Source: an uncultured Eubacteriales bacterium (GTDB lineage: Bacteria > Bacillota > Clostridia > Oscillospirales > CAG-382). From it: a stretch of DNA of 64,000 nt. Position 1 is the stretch's first letter, and each line of letters starts with the position of its first letter. Where the stretch lies: the NCBI GenBank assembly GCA_900546385.1, contig URCT01000001.1, forward strand, positions 27,597-91,596, read 5' to 3'. The position numbers were made by a program, and so were the translations under genes. The notes below the pieces were generated by a model. It saw only the letters and a program-made list of their open reading frames with translations, made no database searches and was not told the origin of the DNA. This document shows positions 1-8,122 of the stretch, piece after piece.

Positions 1-2679
1 GATATCCAACACCCATTTTTCCTGTTTGACCAATTGCCCGGCCGCATTGTAATAGCCGACAAGCTTATTTTGTGCGTCGAGCGTTTCGCGTTTTTTCGAC
101 GTGATGGTTTCGTCAAAATCGGCGTCCGCAGTCGAGGGAGTCGGCGTAGGCGTTGGTGTCGGCGTCGGAGTCGGCGTAGGCGTCGGTGTGGGTGTCGGCG
201 TTTGCGTCGGCGTGGACGGCACATAGATGTAGGAGCCGCTGTTATTATCGGAAGGCGTGGGAGTCGGTGTAGGAGCCGGAGTCGGCGTGGACTTTTGCGG
301 CGTATCCTTTTGGATAGGCGTATGGCCGCGCGTTTCTTCGGTTGCAACCCCCTTGACGAATTTCCGTTCGAATCGGTAATTGCCGTCGGATTCCTCGCGC
401 CATTCTTCGTAAGCGACCGTTTCGCCGGTATAGACGGCTTCGCCGTTGGGCGTTCCGTCAACATAGTGGTTGGCGTATTCGCGGTAATCCTCTTCGTTAA
501 AGCCGTCTACCACCCATTCGTCGGCCGAGAGCGTGTCGAATTCCTCGCTGACCTGTTCACTGCGGTGACCGTCCACATACAAAACGCGATGGAATTTGCC
601 GTTGTCGTTCTTGAAGGTATACCAAGCGGTGCTTAAAACCCGGCCGGTTGACTTGCAGTCTGTGAAATCCGGCGCACCGTTTATGTAATGAGCGGCCAAT
701 TCCTCGAAGGTTTCCGCATCGTAGACATTGGCATAAATCACCCAAGAGCCGTCCGGAACTTCGGAAATGCTTTCGGAGGAAACCGGCTCGTTTTCAAGAT
801 ACAAAACGCGCATGGGACTTCCGTCCGAAGCAAAGCGGATGAAATACTCGTGCTTGAGGATTCTGCCGGTCAATTCGGTGGTGTCTGTCGGCTCACCGTT
901 CACGTATTTCACGGCATATTCGGCAAAATTCAAGTCATAGCTGGTAATGAGCCATTCCTCGTCGCCCATTGCTTTGACCGGTTCGGTGTAATCCTTCGGG
1001 TGGCCGAGCACATATAAAACGTGAGAAAGGTCGCCTGTGACCGGATCTTTTTGGAGATACAGCTTGCCGTAGGCGCCGTATTTGGTGATTTCTGTGCTTT
1101 CTTTGGTTTTGCCGGTCGGGTTGCCGTCAGCATCCCGTTCTTCTAAAGTTGCATAGAACGGATACTTGTCCCCATAGGACGAAACTTTCCAAACGGTTTC
1201 GGTTTCCTGCGGATGCCAAGCCGCACGCTCCGACGAATTGAACAGCAAGAACGCGGCGGCAGCGGCTGCGGCCACGACAATGGCGGCAAACACGCTGATA
1301 AGCACCAGTTTCTTGCGCTTTGCCTTTTGCGGCGAGGCAGGCACGCGGGCCGGTTTGTTTTTCTGCTTTTGACCGACTGGCGGAACGACACCGTTTGCCG
1401 GAACGACACCATTTGCCGGTTGTTGGCTGCCGTTGCCGTGCAGCAGTACGGTTTGTTCGGCAGGAGCCGGGTTCTGCGGCGTTGTCGGATTGTTCCGGTT
1501 AATCAACACCGTTTGCTCAGCAGGAGCCGGGGGCTGCGGCGTTGTCGGATTGTTCCGGTTGACCAATACCGTTTGTTCAGCAGCAGCCGGGTTCTGCGGT
1601 GTTGTCGGATTGTTTCGATTGACCAACACCGTTTCCTCAGAAGGAGCCGGATTCTGCGGCATAGCCGGGGTGTTCCGATTGACCAACACGGTTTGTTCGG
1701 AAGGGGAGGCCGGTGTCGACGTTTGGCTTGCGGATACCGGCGGCACGGCAGTGCGTTGCATACGCTGCAGATTTTCGAGTGCTTCGCGCAAAGCACTGGC
1801 TGACGGATAGCGTTTGTTGACATCGCTTTGGCAGGCGGTCAAGATGATTTCCGAAAAAGCCGGGCTTGCATGGATCGGCGGATCGGGAATCTCGTCTTTC
1901 ATACGGCGCGCAATGGCGTTTTCGCTGTCATTGTAGCTGATTCTTGCTGGCGCCGGCGGCAGGAAGGGAATACGGCCGCCGTTCATCAGCTTATACAGCA
2001 CGATGCCGAGCGAAAAGATATCCGCACGGGTATCATAGATCGAATCGCGGTAAACCTCGGGCGCCATATAATCGTAAGTGCCTTTTTTGGAGAATTCGCC
2101 GCAGGTGGCTTCAATGCGGCGCGCTACGCCGAAATCGCCGAGCTTGTAGTCGCCGTTGGGAGAGATGAAAATGTTGGAGGGCTTGACATCGCGGTGAATG
2201 ATTTTGTTTTTGGCGCACATTTCGAGCGCGCGGCTGATATCGATGCCGAGCCGGATCACATCGCTTTCGGTCGGCGGATGCGCAGCATAATATTCGTTTA
2301 ACGGCGTCAACAGCTCCATGCGGATATAGATATCACAGCCGATGCCATCGTCGTGATTGCGAATCTCATGGTCTTCGTAGCTGACGATGTTGGTCGTTCC
2401 CTTGAACTGCTCCATCAGCTTGAATTCGGAAGCGACGTTTTTGGCAATGTCGTGAAAATAGAACGAAACATCGTCCGCACTCATGCCGGTGGAGGAAATG
2501 TTTTTGATATGATCCCTGTTTTGCGGCACGGTGATGATTTTGAGCGCGGCTTTATATGTTCCGGAAATGTCGTTCTTTTCGATCTCATAGCATTTGCCGA
2601 ACGAGCCTTCGCCGATAAAACGCTTGATATACCAAGAACCCCAAAACGGCTCAAATTTTTTGTAATACAAATCATCCAT
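1..2679 (-). CDS. Hanks-type Ser/Thr protein kinase. Single-pass membrane protein with a large non-PASTA extracellular repeat region. The C-terminus continues past the left window edge.
   Basis: Not in the ORF track because no stop lies in the window. My minus-strand translation from ATG 2679-2677 stays open for 893 codons to position 1. Kinase motifs: IGEGSFGKCY (Gly loop), AALKII (Lys), IHRDVKPSNIF, LGDFG, YMAPEV. These are followed by 20-aa tandem repeats and a TM segment LVLISVFAAIVVAAAAAAAFLLF (about 1240-1310). Beyond that are three roughly 70-aa extracellular repeats and a Pro-Thr linker. Confidence 0.9.
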   Translation of the reverse strand, partial: MDDLYYKKFEPFWGSWYIKRFIGEGSFGKCYEIEKNDISGTYKAALKIITVPQNRDHIKNISSTGMSADDVSFYFHDIAKNVASEFKLMEQFKGTTNIVSYEDHEIRNHDDGIGCDIYIRMELLTPLNEYYAAHPPTESDVIRLGIDISRALEMCAKNKIIHRDVKPSNIFISPNGDYKLGDFGVARRIEATCGEFSKKGTYDYMAPEVYRDSIYDTRADIFSLGIVLYKLMNGGRIPFLPPAPARISYNDSENAIARRMKDEIPDPPIHASPAFSEIILTACQSDVNKRYPSASALREALENLQRMQRTAVPPVSASQTSTPASPSEQTVLVNRNTPAMPQNPAPSEETVLVNRNNPTTPQNPAAAEQTVLVNRNNPTTPQPPAPAEQTVLINRNNPTTPQNPAPAEQTVLLHGNGSQQPANGVVPANGVVPPVGQKQKNKPARVPASPQKAKRKKLVLISVFAAIVVAAAAAAAFLLFNSSERAAWHPQETETVWKVSSYGDKYPFYATLEERDADGNPTGKTKESTEITKYGAYGKLYLQKDPVTGDLSHVLYVLGHPKDYTEPVKAMGDEEWLITSYDLNFAEYAVKYVNGEPTDTTELTGRILKHEYFIRFASDGSPMRVLYLENEPVSSESISEVPDGSWVIYANVYDAETFEELAAHYINGAPDFTDCKSTGRVLSTAWYTFKNDNGKFHRVLYVDGHRSEQVSEEFDTLSADEWVVDGFNEEDYREYANHYVDGTPNGEAVYTGETVAYEEWREESDGNYRFERKFVKGVATEETRGHTPIQKDTPQKSTPTPAPTPTPTPSDNNSGSYIYVPSTPTQTPTPTPTPTPTPTPTPTPTPTPSTADADFDETITSKKRETLDAQNKLVGYYNAAGQLVKQEKWVLDI
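139..295 (-). repeat. Pro-Thr low-complexity linker coding region (TPTQTPTPTPTPTPTPTPTPTPTPTPS and STPTPAPTPTPTPS) inside the kinase ectodomain.
   Basis: Plus strand shows a GGCGTC/GGTGTC hexamer periodicity. The minus-strand translation is (PT)n. Confidence 0.8.
1441..1705 (-). repeat. In-frame 60-bp tandem repeat (4 full units plus a partial 5th) encoding 20-aa units (consensus about EQTVLVNRNNPTTPQNPAPA) in the kinase juxtamembrane linker.
   Basis: Units 1441-1500, 1501-1560, 1561-1620, 1621-1680 and partial 1681-1705 align column for column. I count 9-10 mismatches per 60 nt between adjacent units. A separate 18-bp x2 repeat (ANGVVP ANGVVP) lies just before it at about 1380-1415. Confidence 0.9.
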
Positions 2680-2781
2680 AAGTCAGTTCCCTCACAATCA
2701 AGCATTTAGATGCGCAAAGCACCGGTGCGTCTTACGTTCAAAGCGGGCAAAAAAAGTTGACGCACACGTCATTATTTGTTA

Positions 2782-2810
2782 ATTATATCACTTTTCGGCA
2801 AAATTGTCAA
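2782..2810 (-). promoter_or_regulatory. Sigma-A-type promoter for the kinase gene.
   Basis: Minus strand reads TTGACA-attttgccgaaaagtga(17)-TATAAT, a perfect consensus, about 95 nt upstream of ATG 2679. Confidence 0.6.
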
Positions 2811-2859
2811 CCTGTCGAAGCAAAAAAATTAAGGCATAATTCTTTTACGTCCGAAAGCC

Positions 2860-2901
2860 ACAAAAAAGCAGTCCCTTCCGGTTTTCGGAAAGGGACTGCT
2901 T
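2860..2901 (-). terminator. Intrinsic terminator after the lipoprotein gene.
   Basis: Minus strand: AAGCAGTCCCTT-tccgaaaaccgg-AAGGGACTGCTT followed by TTTTGT. It starts about 24 nt after the stop at 2925. Confidence 0.75.
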
Positions 2902-2924
2902 TGCGGTTTCGGTTGTCAGATGTT

Positions 2925-4895
2925 TTAAGCGGCATCCGCTTCGGAAGCGGTATCCGCCTCGGCAGCGGCATCAGCGGCGGCTTGGTCGCCGGCATTGTCC
3001 GCATTTTCTTTTGCGGCGGCATCTTCAGCGGCGATTTCAGCCTCGAGAGCGGCTTCTTCTTCGGCAGCCTTTTCGGCTTTGGCTTCTTCTTCGGCCTGCT
3101 CTTGCGCCGCAAGCTCGGCGGCGATTTCTTCTGCCGACTTGTAAATATCGTTATAGGTTTCGACCTGCTCGGATACGACGAAATACGAAGTATTCTTTTC
3201 GGCGGAGGTCTTCTGTTGGGTGGCAAGCTTGCCGAATACGCCTAAGAGTGCCGAGCCGTCGGAGTTCCACTGTGCACCGAGGGCGTTCAATTCGCGTCCG
3301 GCGATGTTGAACACTTCATCAACGGTCATTTCGCCGTTCTGAACGCGCTTGAGGGCTTCGGTGGAGAAAATCTTGACGCATTCGTAGATCGACTTGGAAT
3401 CCACATCGTCAAAGTTCAGCTGGAAGCCGAAATAAGCACTGGGTGCGGTGCCGAGGTTGGTTTCCTTGGCTTTTTCGACATAATCGGCATTTTCTTCGGT
3501 GGTATACTTGATATAGGTGTTTCCGGTGAGGAAATTGTTCATGCGATAGGTGTTTTCTGCGTCGGTATCGATGTAGGTAACAATGCCGTTTTCTTCGCGG
3601 TAATGCTTGCCGGAAATACCGTATTGCAGCAGGTTTGCCAGTTCGGAATCCGTATTGAACAGCTCGATAAGCTCAGCGGCCTTGCTCTTATGGATGGAAT
3701 ACGCACTCACGCACATGGCGGATTTGAAGGCTTCTTTGGCGGTTACGCGCGGAATGTCGTACAGATATGCCTGATAGCTCGTGCCGTTTTCATCGGTCCA
3801 TTCGCGGTCGATGAGGTGGTCGGCGGTGACATATTCGATGGCATATTTTGCATCGGTAACGCCGTTCGCGGAGGCAACATAGCCCTTCTGACGGTAGGAG
3901 GCTGTTTTCTTTAAGTAGTCGGCATAGGCGGAATTGTTTAAGTAAACCGGATAGCTGGAGGCGGAGATTTGGGTCAATTTGGAGAGTGAGAAGAGAATTC
4001 CGTCGTAGATTTCGGCACCGGCCATTTCGGGCAGGTCGGAAATCGGGTAGTAGCCGGGTTCATTGGCTTTGATGAGGGAGAGGTAATCGCCCATGTCCTC
4101 GATCTTGCGCAAATCATGCACGGAATAATGATACTTGTCGAGAAGATCCTTGTTGAAGACCAAAAACTCGTATTTGCCTTCCATTTTGAAGTTTGCCGGA
4201 ACACCGTAGGTTTTTCCGTCGATGGAGGTGGTGGAGAGAATGGTCGGATGAATGTATTTGGTAAGCACCTTGCGGTCGTATTTGATATCGATTTCGGCAA
4301 GGCGTTCGTCGTCGGCAAGCTCTAAGAATTTGTCGTAGTCATCCACCACAAAAACGTCGATCTGCGGCTCGGGAAGCGTGATGTCGTCAATGTCGAACAC
4401 ATAGTCGATGGCTTCGTTGAAGGTCATTTGCGAAACGTCCTTCACGACAGGCTTATCTGTTTTTGTGGTTGTGTCAGCGGCCGTATCGGCAGAAGCGTCG
4501 GCAGCCGTATCACCAGAAGCGTCGGCAGTCGTGTCGGCCGAAGCATCGGTGGAATCCGCTGCTTCGGCATCCAAAAGAGCAATCTCGTCTGCCACATAAT
4601 TGATGGTAGAATCCTCGGCGGCATCAACGGCAGCCCAATATTCGTCGGGCTTCAGATAGTTGATTTTGATGAGCATCTTATATTTCGGAACGGTAATTTC
4701 GTTGATGGCCATCTGCACTTCGCGTGCAGCGGAAGGACTTGTTTCGTCCTCGGTCATAATAAACATATTGAGTGCGACAATGCCGCTTGTCTCGTTTTCG
4801 TCGTTGTTGTTCTTTTTGGCACAGCCACCGGCCGCAAAAGCGGTGAAGACCATGACGGCGGCAAGAAGAAAGGATAATACTCTCTTAGATTTCAT
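2925..4895 (-). CDS. Large extracellular solute-binding-protein-like lipoprotein (orphan, no adjacent permeases) with an acidic low-complexity insert and an Ala/Glu-rich C-terminal tail.
   Basis: ORF track, 656 aa. Signal peptide plus lipobox MKSKRVLSFLLAAVMVFTAFAAGGC. The body resembles large family-1 sugar-type SBP lipoproteins (recognised by eye). Insert: DSTDASADTTADASGDTAADASADTAADTTT. Tail: AEEIAAELAAQEQAEEEAKAEKAAEEEAALEAEIAAEDAAAKEN... Confidence 0.6.
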   Translation of the reverse strand: MKSKRVLSFLLAAVMVFTAFAAGGCAKKNNNDENETSGIVALNMFIMTEDETSPSAAREVQMAINEITVPKYKMLIKINYLKPDEYWAAVDAAEDSTINYVADEIALLDAEAADSTDASADTTADASGDTAADASADTAADTTTKTDKPVVKDVSQMTFNEAIDYVFDIDDITLPEPQIDVFVVDDYDKFLELADDERLAEIDIKYDRKVLTKYIHPTILSTTSIDGKTYGVPANFKMEGKYEFLVFNKDLLDKYHYSVHDLRKIEDMGDYLSLIKANEPGYYPISDLPEMAGAEIYDGILFSLSKLTQISASSYPVYLNNSAYADYLKKTASYRQKGYVASANGVTDAKYAIEYVTADHLIDREWTDENGTSYQAYLYDIPRVTAKEAFKSAMCVSAYSIHKSKAAELIELFNTDSELANLLQYGISGKHYREENGIVTYIDTDAENTYRMNNFLTGNTYIKYTTEENADYVEKAKETNLGTAPSAYFGFQLNFDDVDSKSIYECVKIFSTEALKRVQNGEMTVDEVFNIAGRELNALGAQWNSDGSALLGVFGKLATQQKTSAEKNTSYFVVSEQVETYNDIYKSAEEIAAELAAQEQAEEEAKAEKAAEEEAALEAEIAAEDAAAKENADNAGDQAAADAAAEADTASEADAA

Positions 4896-4976
4896 GTGCT
4901 TACGGTTCCTCTCTGAAATGAATTCTGTTGTGAAAAAAGCAGCGGTTGATAGATAGGTATACTGCCGATATTTACT

Positions 4977-5005
4977 ATTTTACACCAAGGAAGTTCGGAT
5001 GTCAA
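4977..5005 (-). promoter_or_regulatory. Sigma-A-type promoter for the lipoprotein gene.
   Basis: Minus strand reads TTGACA-tccgaacttccttggtg(17)-TAAAAT, about 75 nt upstream of ATG 4895. Confidence 0.55.
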
Positions 5006-5082
5006 GAAGCAACTGTTTTTTTGTTGAATCCATCCAAATGCACCTTGGAAAAACTATACATTTTGCCTAAAGCAAAAGGCTT

Positions 5083-6333
5083 TTACAGGGTGAAATGCTG
5101 CGGAATTCCGTTTGCATAGACCGTTTCGCATTCGCCCTTGATGAGCGGCATCAAATAATCGATGCATTGACGGGTCACGCCTTTGCCGTCGGGCGTGATA
5201 AACTCGTTCGGAACGATTTTTACGCGGTTGGCGGAAGCACTCACGTCCACATCCGTCACGCCGATTTCATACGGTGCAGAGCCGTCCGCGTTTTTGCGCA
5301 CAAAGGCCATCATCCGGCCGCTCTTTCCGGAAACGGCTGCTTTGACGGCTTCACGGCCGATGAGAAGCGATTCCTCAATGTCGGTTTTGGAGGCCAAATG
5401 CGACGCACAGCGCTGCAAAACGCTAAGCTCCACCGAGCGGCATTTGCAGCCGATCTCGTCGCGGATGAGGTTTTCCAAATATTTTCCCGTGCCGGAAAGA
5501 TACGCGTGTCCGAAAATATCCACCACGCCGCTCATGGCCGCTTTGGCCACATAGTCGCCGTCCTTGTTGCGGATGCCCTCGGAAACAGCCACAAGCACGA
5601 AGTTTTTGCCGGGAATATTGAGCTTGTTCATCACGTCGCTCAAAAAGCGTTCCGCGTCAAACGGCACCTCTGGCAGATAAATGAGATCGGCACCGATTCC
5701 GGCGATTTCCTTGGTTAATCCGGCTGCTGCGGTTAACCAACCGGCGTCGCGTCCCATAAGCTCCACCACCGTCACCGCCTTTTGACGGTACACGGCGCAG
5801 TCTCGGGCGATTTCCGCAAGGCTGGAGGCGATATATTTGGCCGCCGAGCCGAAGCCGGGTGTGTGATCGGTGAAGCACAGGTCGTTATCGATGGTTTTCG
5901 GCACGCCGATAAAGCGCGTCCCGGTCGGATTGACGGCCGGATGCTTGTCCCGGTAAGCCTCAAGCTTTGCCACGGCATCCATGCTGTCGTTGCCGCCGAT
6001 GTAGAAGAAATAGCCGATGTTGTATGCTTCAAGCACCGCGAAAATTTTCTCGAACTGCTTTTCTTCGACCAATTTCACGCGGCAGGAGCCGAGCGCGGCC
6101 GCCGGTGTTAGGGATAAAAGCCGCAGCTCTTCGTCGCGGTTTTGAGCAAAGCGGCTGTTTAGTTCCACAAGCTCCTCGTTCATAAAGCCTTCGATGCCGT
6201 GTCGCATTCCGTAGACCCGGTCAATGGACGTGTTTTCCGCGAGACAGCCGGCAATCACACCGGCAAGCGTGGCATTGATTGCAGCGGTCGGTCCGCCCGA
6301 CTGCCCGATGACGGCATTTTTTGTTTCAGTCAT
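5083..6333 (-). CDS. pfp: 6-phosphofructokinase, PfkA family, probably pyrophosphate-dependent.
   Basis: ORF track, 416 aa. Motifs: IGQSGGPTAAINATL, IGGNDSMD, GVPKTIDNDL, MGRDAGWL. It has Asp in GG-x-D-S and Lys in PKTIDND. ATP-dependent enzymes have Gly at both positions. RBS GGAGAA. Confidence 0.85.
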   Translation of the reverse strand: MTETKNAVIGQSGGPTAAINATLAGVIAGCLAENTSIDRVYGMRHGIEGFMNEELVELNSRFAQNRDEELRLLSLTPAAALGSCRVKLVEEKQFEKIFAVLEAYNIGYFFYIGGNDSMDAVAKLEAYRDKHPAVNPTGTRFIGVPKTIDNDLCFTDHTPGFGSAAKYIASSLAEIARDCAVYRQKAVTVVELMGRDAGWLTAAAGLTKEIAGIGADLIYLPEVPFDAERFLSDVMNKLNIPGKNFVLVAVSEGIRNKDGDYVAKAAMSGVVDIFGHAYLSGTGKYLENLIRDEIGCKCRSVELSVLQRCASHLASKTDIEESLLIGREAVKAAVSGKSGRMMAFVRKNADGSAPYEIGVTDVDVSASANRVKIVPNEFITPDGKGVTRQCIDYLMPLIKGECETVYANGIPQHFTL

Positions 6334-6399
6334 GTTTTTTCTCCGCTTTTGTTTTTCTTACGATTTATATTTGATTATATTTGAGACTTTTTGCGTTTT

Positions 6400-6984
6400 T
6401 CAGAGCTTACGGCTGCTTCCGGTGCGGTAGATCCATTTCCGGGCGATCAGGCCGACAAGCAGATAGACGATAAACGTTACCGCCACATTCACACACAACT
6501 CGGGAAGCAAAATGCTTTTGACGATCGTTCCGAAGCTTTCATTGCCGTTTTCCGTTAACAGGAAGAGACCGCCCGTGACGCTGCGCGCCAAAAAGAAGGG
6601 CAGCGACGAAACGGTTGCGGTCACGGCGTTTGCCGATGTAAAGATGCCGACGGCGGTTGACGAAAAATAGGCGCTTAAGAAGAATAGGATGGGCGACAGG
6701 TGCGTCGGCGGCGTTAAGAAGAAATCGGACAGTGCGCCGAACACGAGTGCAAGCAGCGCCGCATACCGGCGATCTTTACATACAATGCCGCTTACAAAGC
6801 AAAGTGCAAATAGCACATCCGGCACAATGCGGACAGCCTCTTTTCCGGTGTAGCCTGTATACGGGAAAACCGTTGCGGACAGCAGGAATACGAGCAAAAA
6901 CAGCAGACCGAAAAACACGCGTTCCTTGACGGCTGCTGCCGAAAACGAGCTACGGTTTCTTTTCAGTTTGATTTCGCCTTTCAT
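6400..6984 (-). CDS. Polytopic membrane protein, tentatively MreD-like.
   Basis: ORF track, 194 aa, about 5 hydrophobic segments. PDVLFALCFVSGIVCKDRRYAALLALVFGALSDFFL resembles the MreD core. RBS AAAGGAGG lies 7 nt upstream. It is not next to mreBC, so the assignment is weak. Confidence 0.35.
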   Translation of the reverse strand: MKGEIKLKRNRSSFSAAAVKERVFFGLLFLLVFLLSATVFPYTGYTGKEAVRIVPDVLFALCFVSGIVCKDRRYAALLALVFGALSDFFLTPPTHLSPILFFLSAYFSSTAVGIFTSANAVTATVSSLPFFLARSVTGGLFLLTENGNESFGTIVKSILLPELCVNVAVTFIVYLLVGLIARKWIYRTGSSRKL

Positions 6985-7014
6985 GTCGCCCGCCTCCTTT
7001 CAAACGCACCGCGT

Positions 7015-8082
7015 TTAATACGTATATTCCGGCACAACCGCAACATTTAGGAGTGCCATTTTTTCTTCGTTGACCGAAAGCTTTTCGGTGTATTCGGCAA
7101 GATGCTTGTCAAAATCCGCCGTAATGAGCTTGCTTTTGATGTTGCCGTAAACGGTTTGGTCGGCGTTGTACAGCGTTTCATCCATCGGCAGCTTATAGAG
7201 AATATGAAGTCCGTTCGCGCCGCTGCCGCCGGTTTCGCAGAGTCGGTATTCGCCAACCTCCATTTCCATGGCAGCCGTGGTGAAGGCGGAAGGAAAAGTG
7301 GTGTCGTTTGTCACGAAGAAGCCGTTTGGATAGTATTCGCTTTCGTAGCTGTCCTCGCTGTAGGCGGCTTTTAAGGTGTAAAAATCTTCACCGGCCAAAA
7401 TGCGGTTGTAGACCTCTTCGGCCAAAAGGCGCTTGGCGGCGATCTCTTCCTCGGTTAAGGCAACGGCGGTGCCGTCCTCTTTGACCTTGGAAGAAAGATT
7501 GAAATAGATGTGCGTGACGATGTGATAGTTTTCCTTGAAATCGTTCTTGATCTCATCCTCGGAAATGGCGAAAATGCCGTTATCGCCATAGAAATACTTG
7601 TAGAGGTTGGCCTGCTTGACGGTAAGCTCCAAATAGCGGCGCATGGTCTTGGTGTCGGCACTGTATTTGGAAAGCTCCTCTTTTAAGGCCTCTTGCGATC
7701 CGGCTTTTTGCGCAAGCGCGTTCATCTGCTTGTCGATCGAGCTTTTCTGCTCATCGGTGAGCGAAAGCTTGTAGACCTTGTCGTGCAGATATTCGCAGAT
7801 AAGCGAGCTTTTGGCGGCCTTGACGGTGACATCGTACAAAACGTCCGAAAGCGTCGTGCCTTTTTCGGCGTTGACCACCATGTCCCAGCTGCCGCCGTCG
7901 GCGACGACATCCGCATACATGGATTTTTGAATGGAAGCGAGCAGATACATGAAGTTGATGGAAACAGCTCCGCCGCCCTCCATGGATATGGCCGCCTCTT
8001 TGGCGGAATCGGCACAGCCGACAAAGGTCATAACACAAAAACACGCCAAAAGACCGGCTAAAATTCTCTTGAAAGAAGACAT
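7015..8082 (-). CDS. PrsA/SurA-like peptidyl-prolyl isomerase lipoprotein.
   Basis: ORF-track frame 7015..8184. I moved the start to ATG 8082 (RBS GGAAAGGAAG), which removes the overlap with mfd. Lipobox MSSFKRILAGLLACFCVMTFVGC. Parvulin-like GLHILYKL near the C-terminus. Typical position downstream of mfd in Firmicutes. Confidence 0.65.
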   Translation of the reverse strand: MSSFKRILAGLLACFCVMTFVGCADSAKEAAISMEGGGAVSINFMYLLASIQKSMYADVVADGGSWDMVVNAEKGTTLSDVLYDVTVKAAKSSLICEYLHDKVYKLSLTDEQKSSIDKQMNALAQKAGSQEALKEELSKYSADTKTMRRYLELTVKQANLYKYFYGDNGIFAISEDEIKNDFKENYHIVTHIYFNLSSKVKEDGTAVALTEEEIAAKRLLAEEVYNRILAGEDFYTLKAAYSEDSYESEYYPNGFFVTNDTTFPSAFTTAAMEMEVGEYRLCETGGSGANGLHILYKLPMDETLYNADQTVYGNIKSKLITADFDKHLAEYTEKLSVNEEKMALLNVAVVPEYTY

Positions 8083-8122
8083 AGGTTCGCTTCCTTTCCG
8101 CAGTTCGTTCTTAACTAAATAA

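Noticed and set aside
34-636. A 200-aa Arg-rich ORF on the plus strand (…RRRRWCRRRSRRRRRCGCRRLRRRGR…).
   Set aside because: It is the antisense reading of the kinase Pro-Thr linker (ACN/CCN repeats read as CGN). It has no RBS or promoter and lies entirely within a strongly supported minus-strand CDS.
1441-1705. A regular 60-bp periodicity that could superficially suggest a CRISPR-like array.
   Set aside because: The units are directly abutting with no unique spacers. They are in frame inside a CDS, and no cas genes are present in the window.
1213-1823. A cluster of 100-196-aa ORFs on both strands across the 60-bp repeat region (1213..1803+, 1433..1810+, 1503..1823-).
   Set aside because: These are out-of-frame or antisense readings of the kinase gene, kept open by the repeat periodicity and GC bias. 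The kinase frame alone gives recognisable motifs on both sides.
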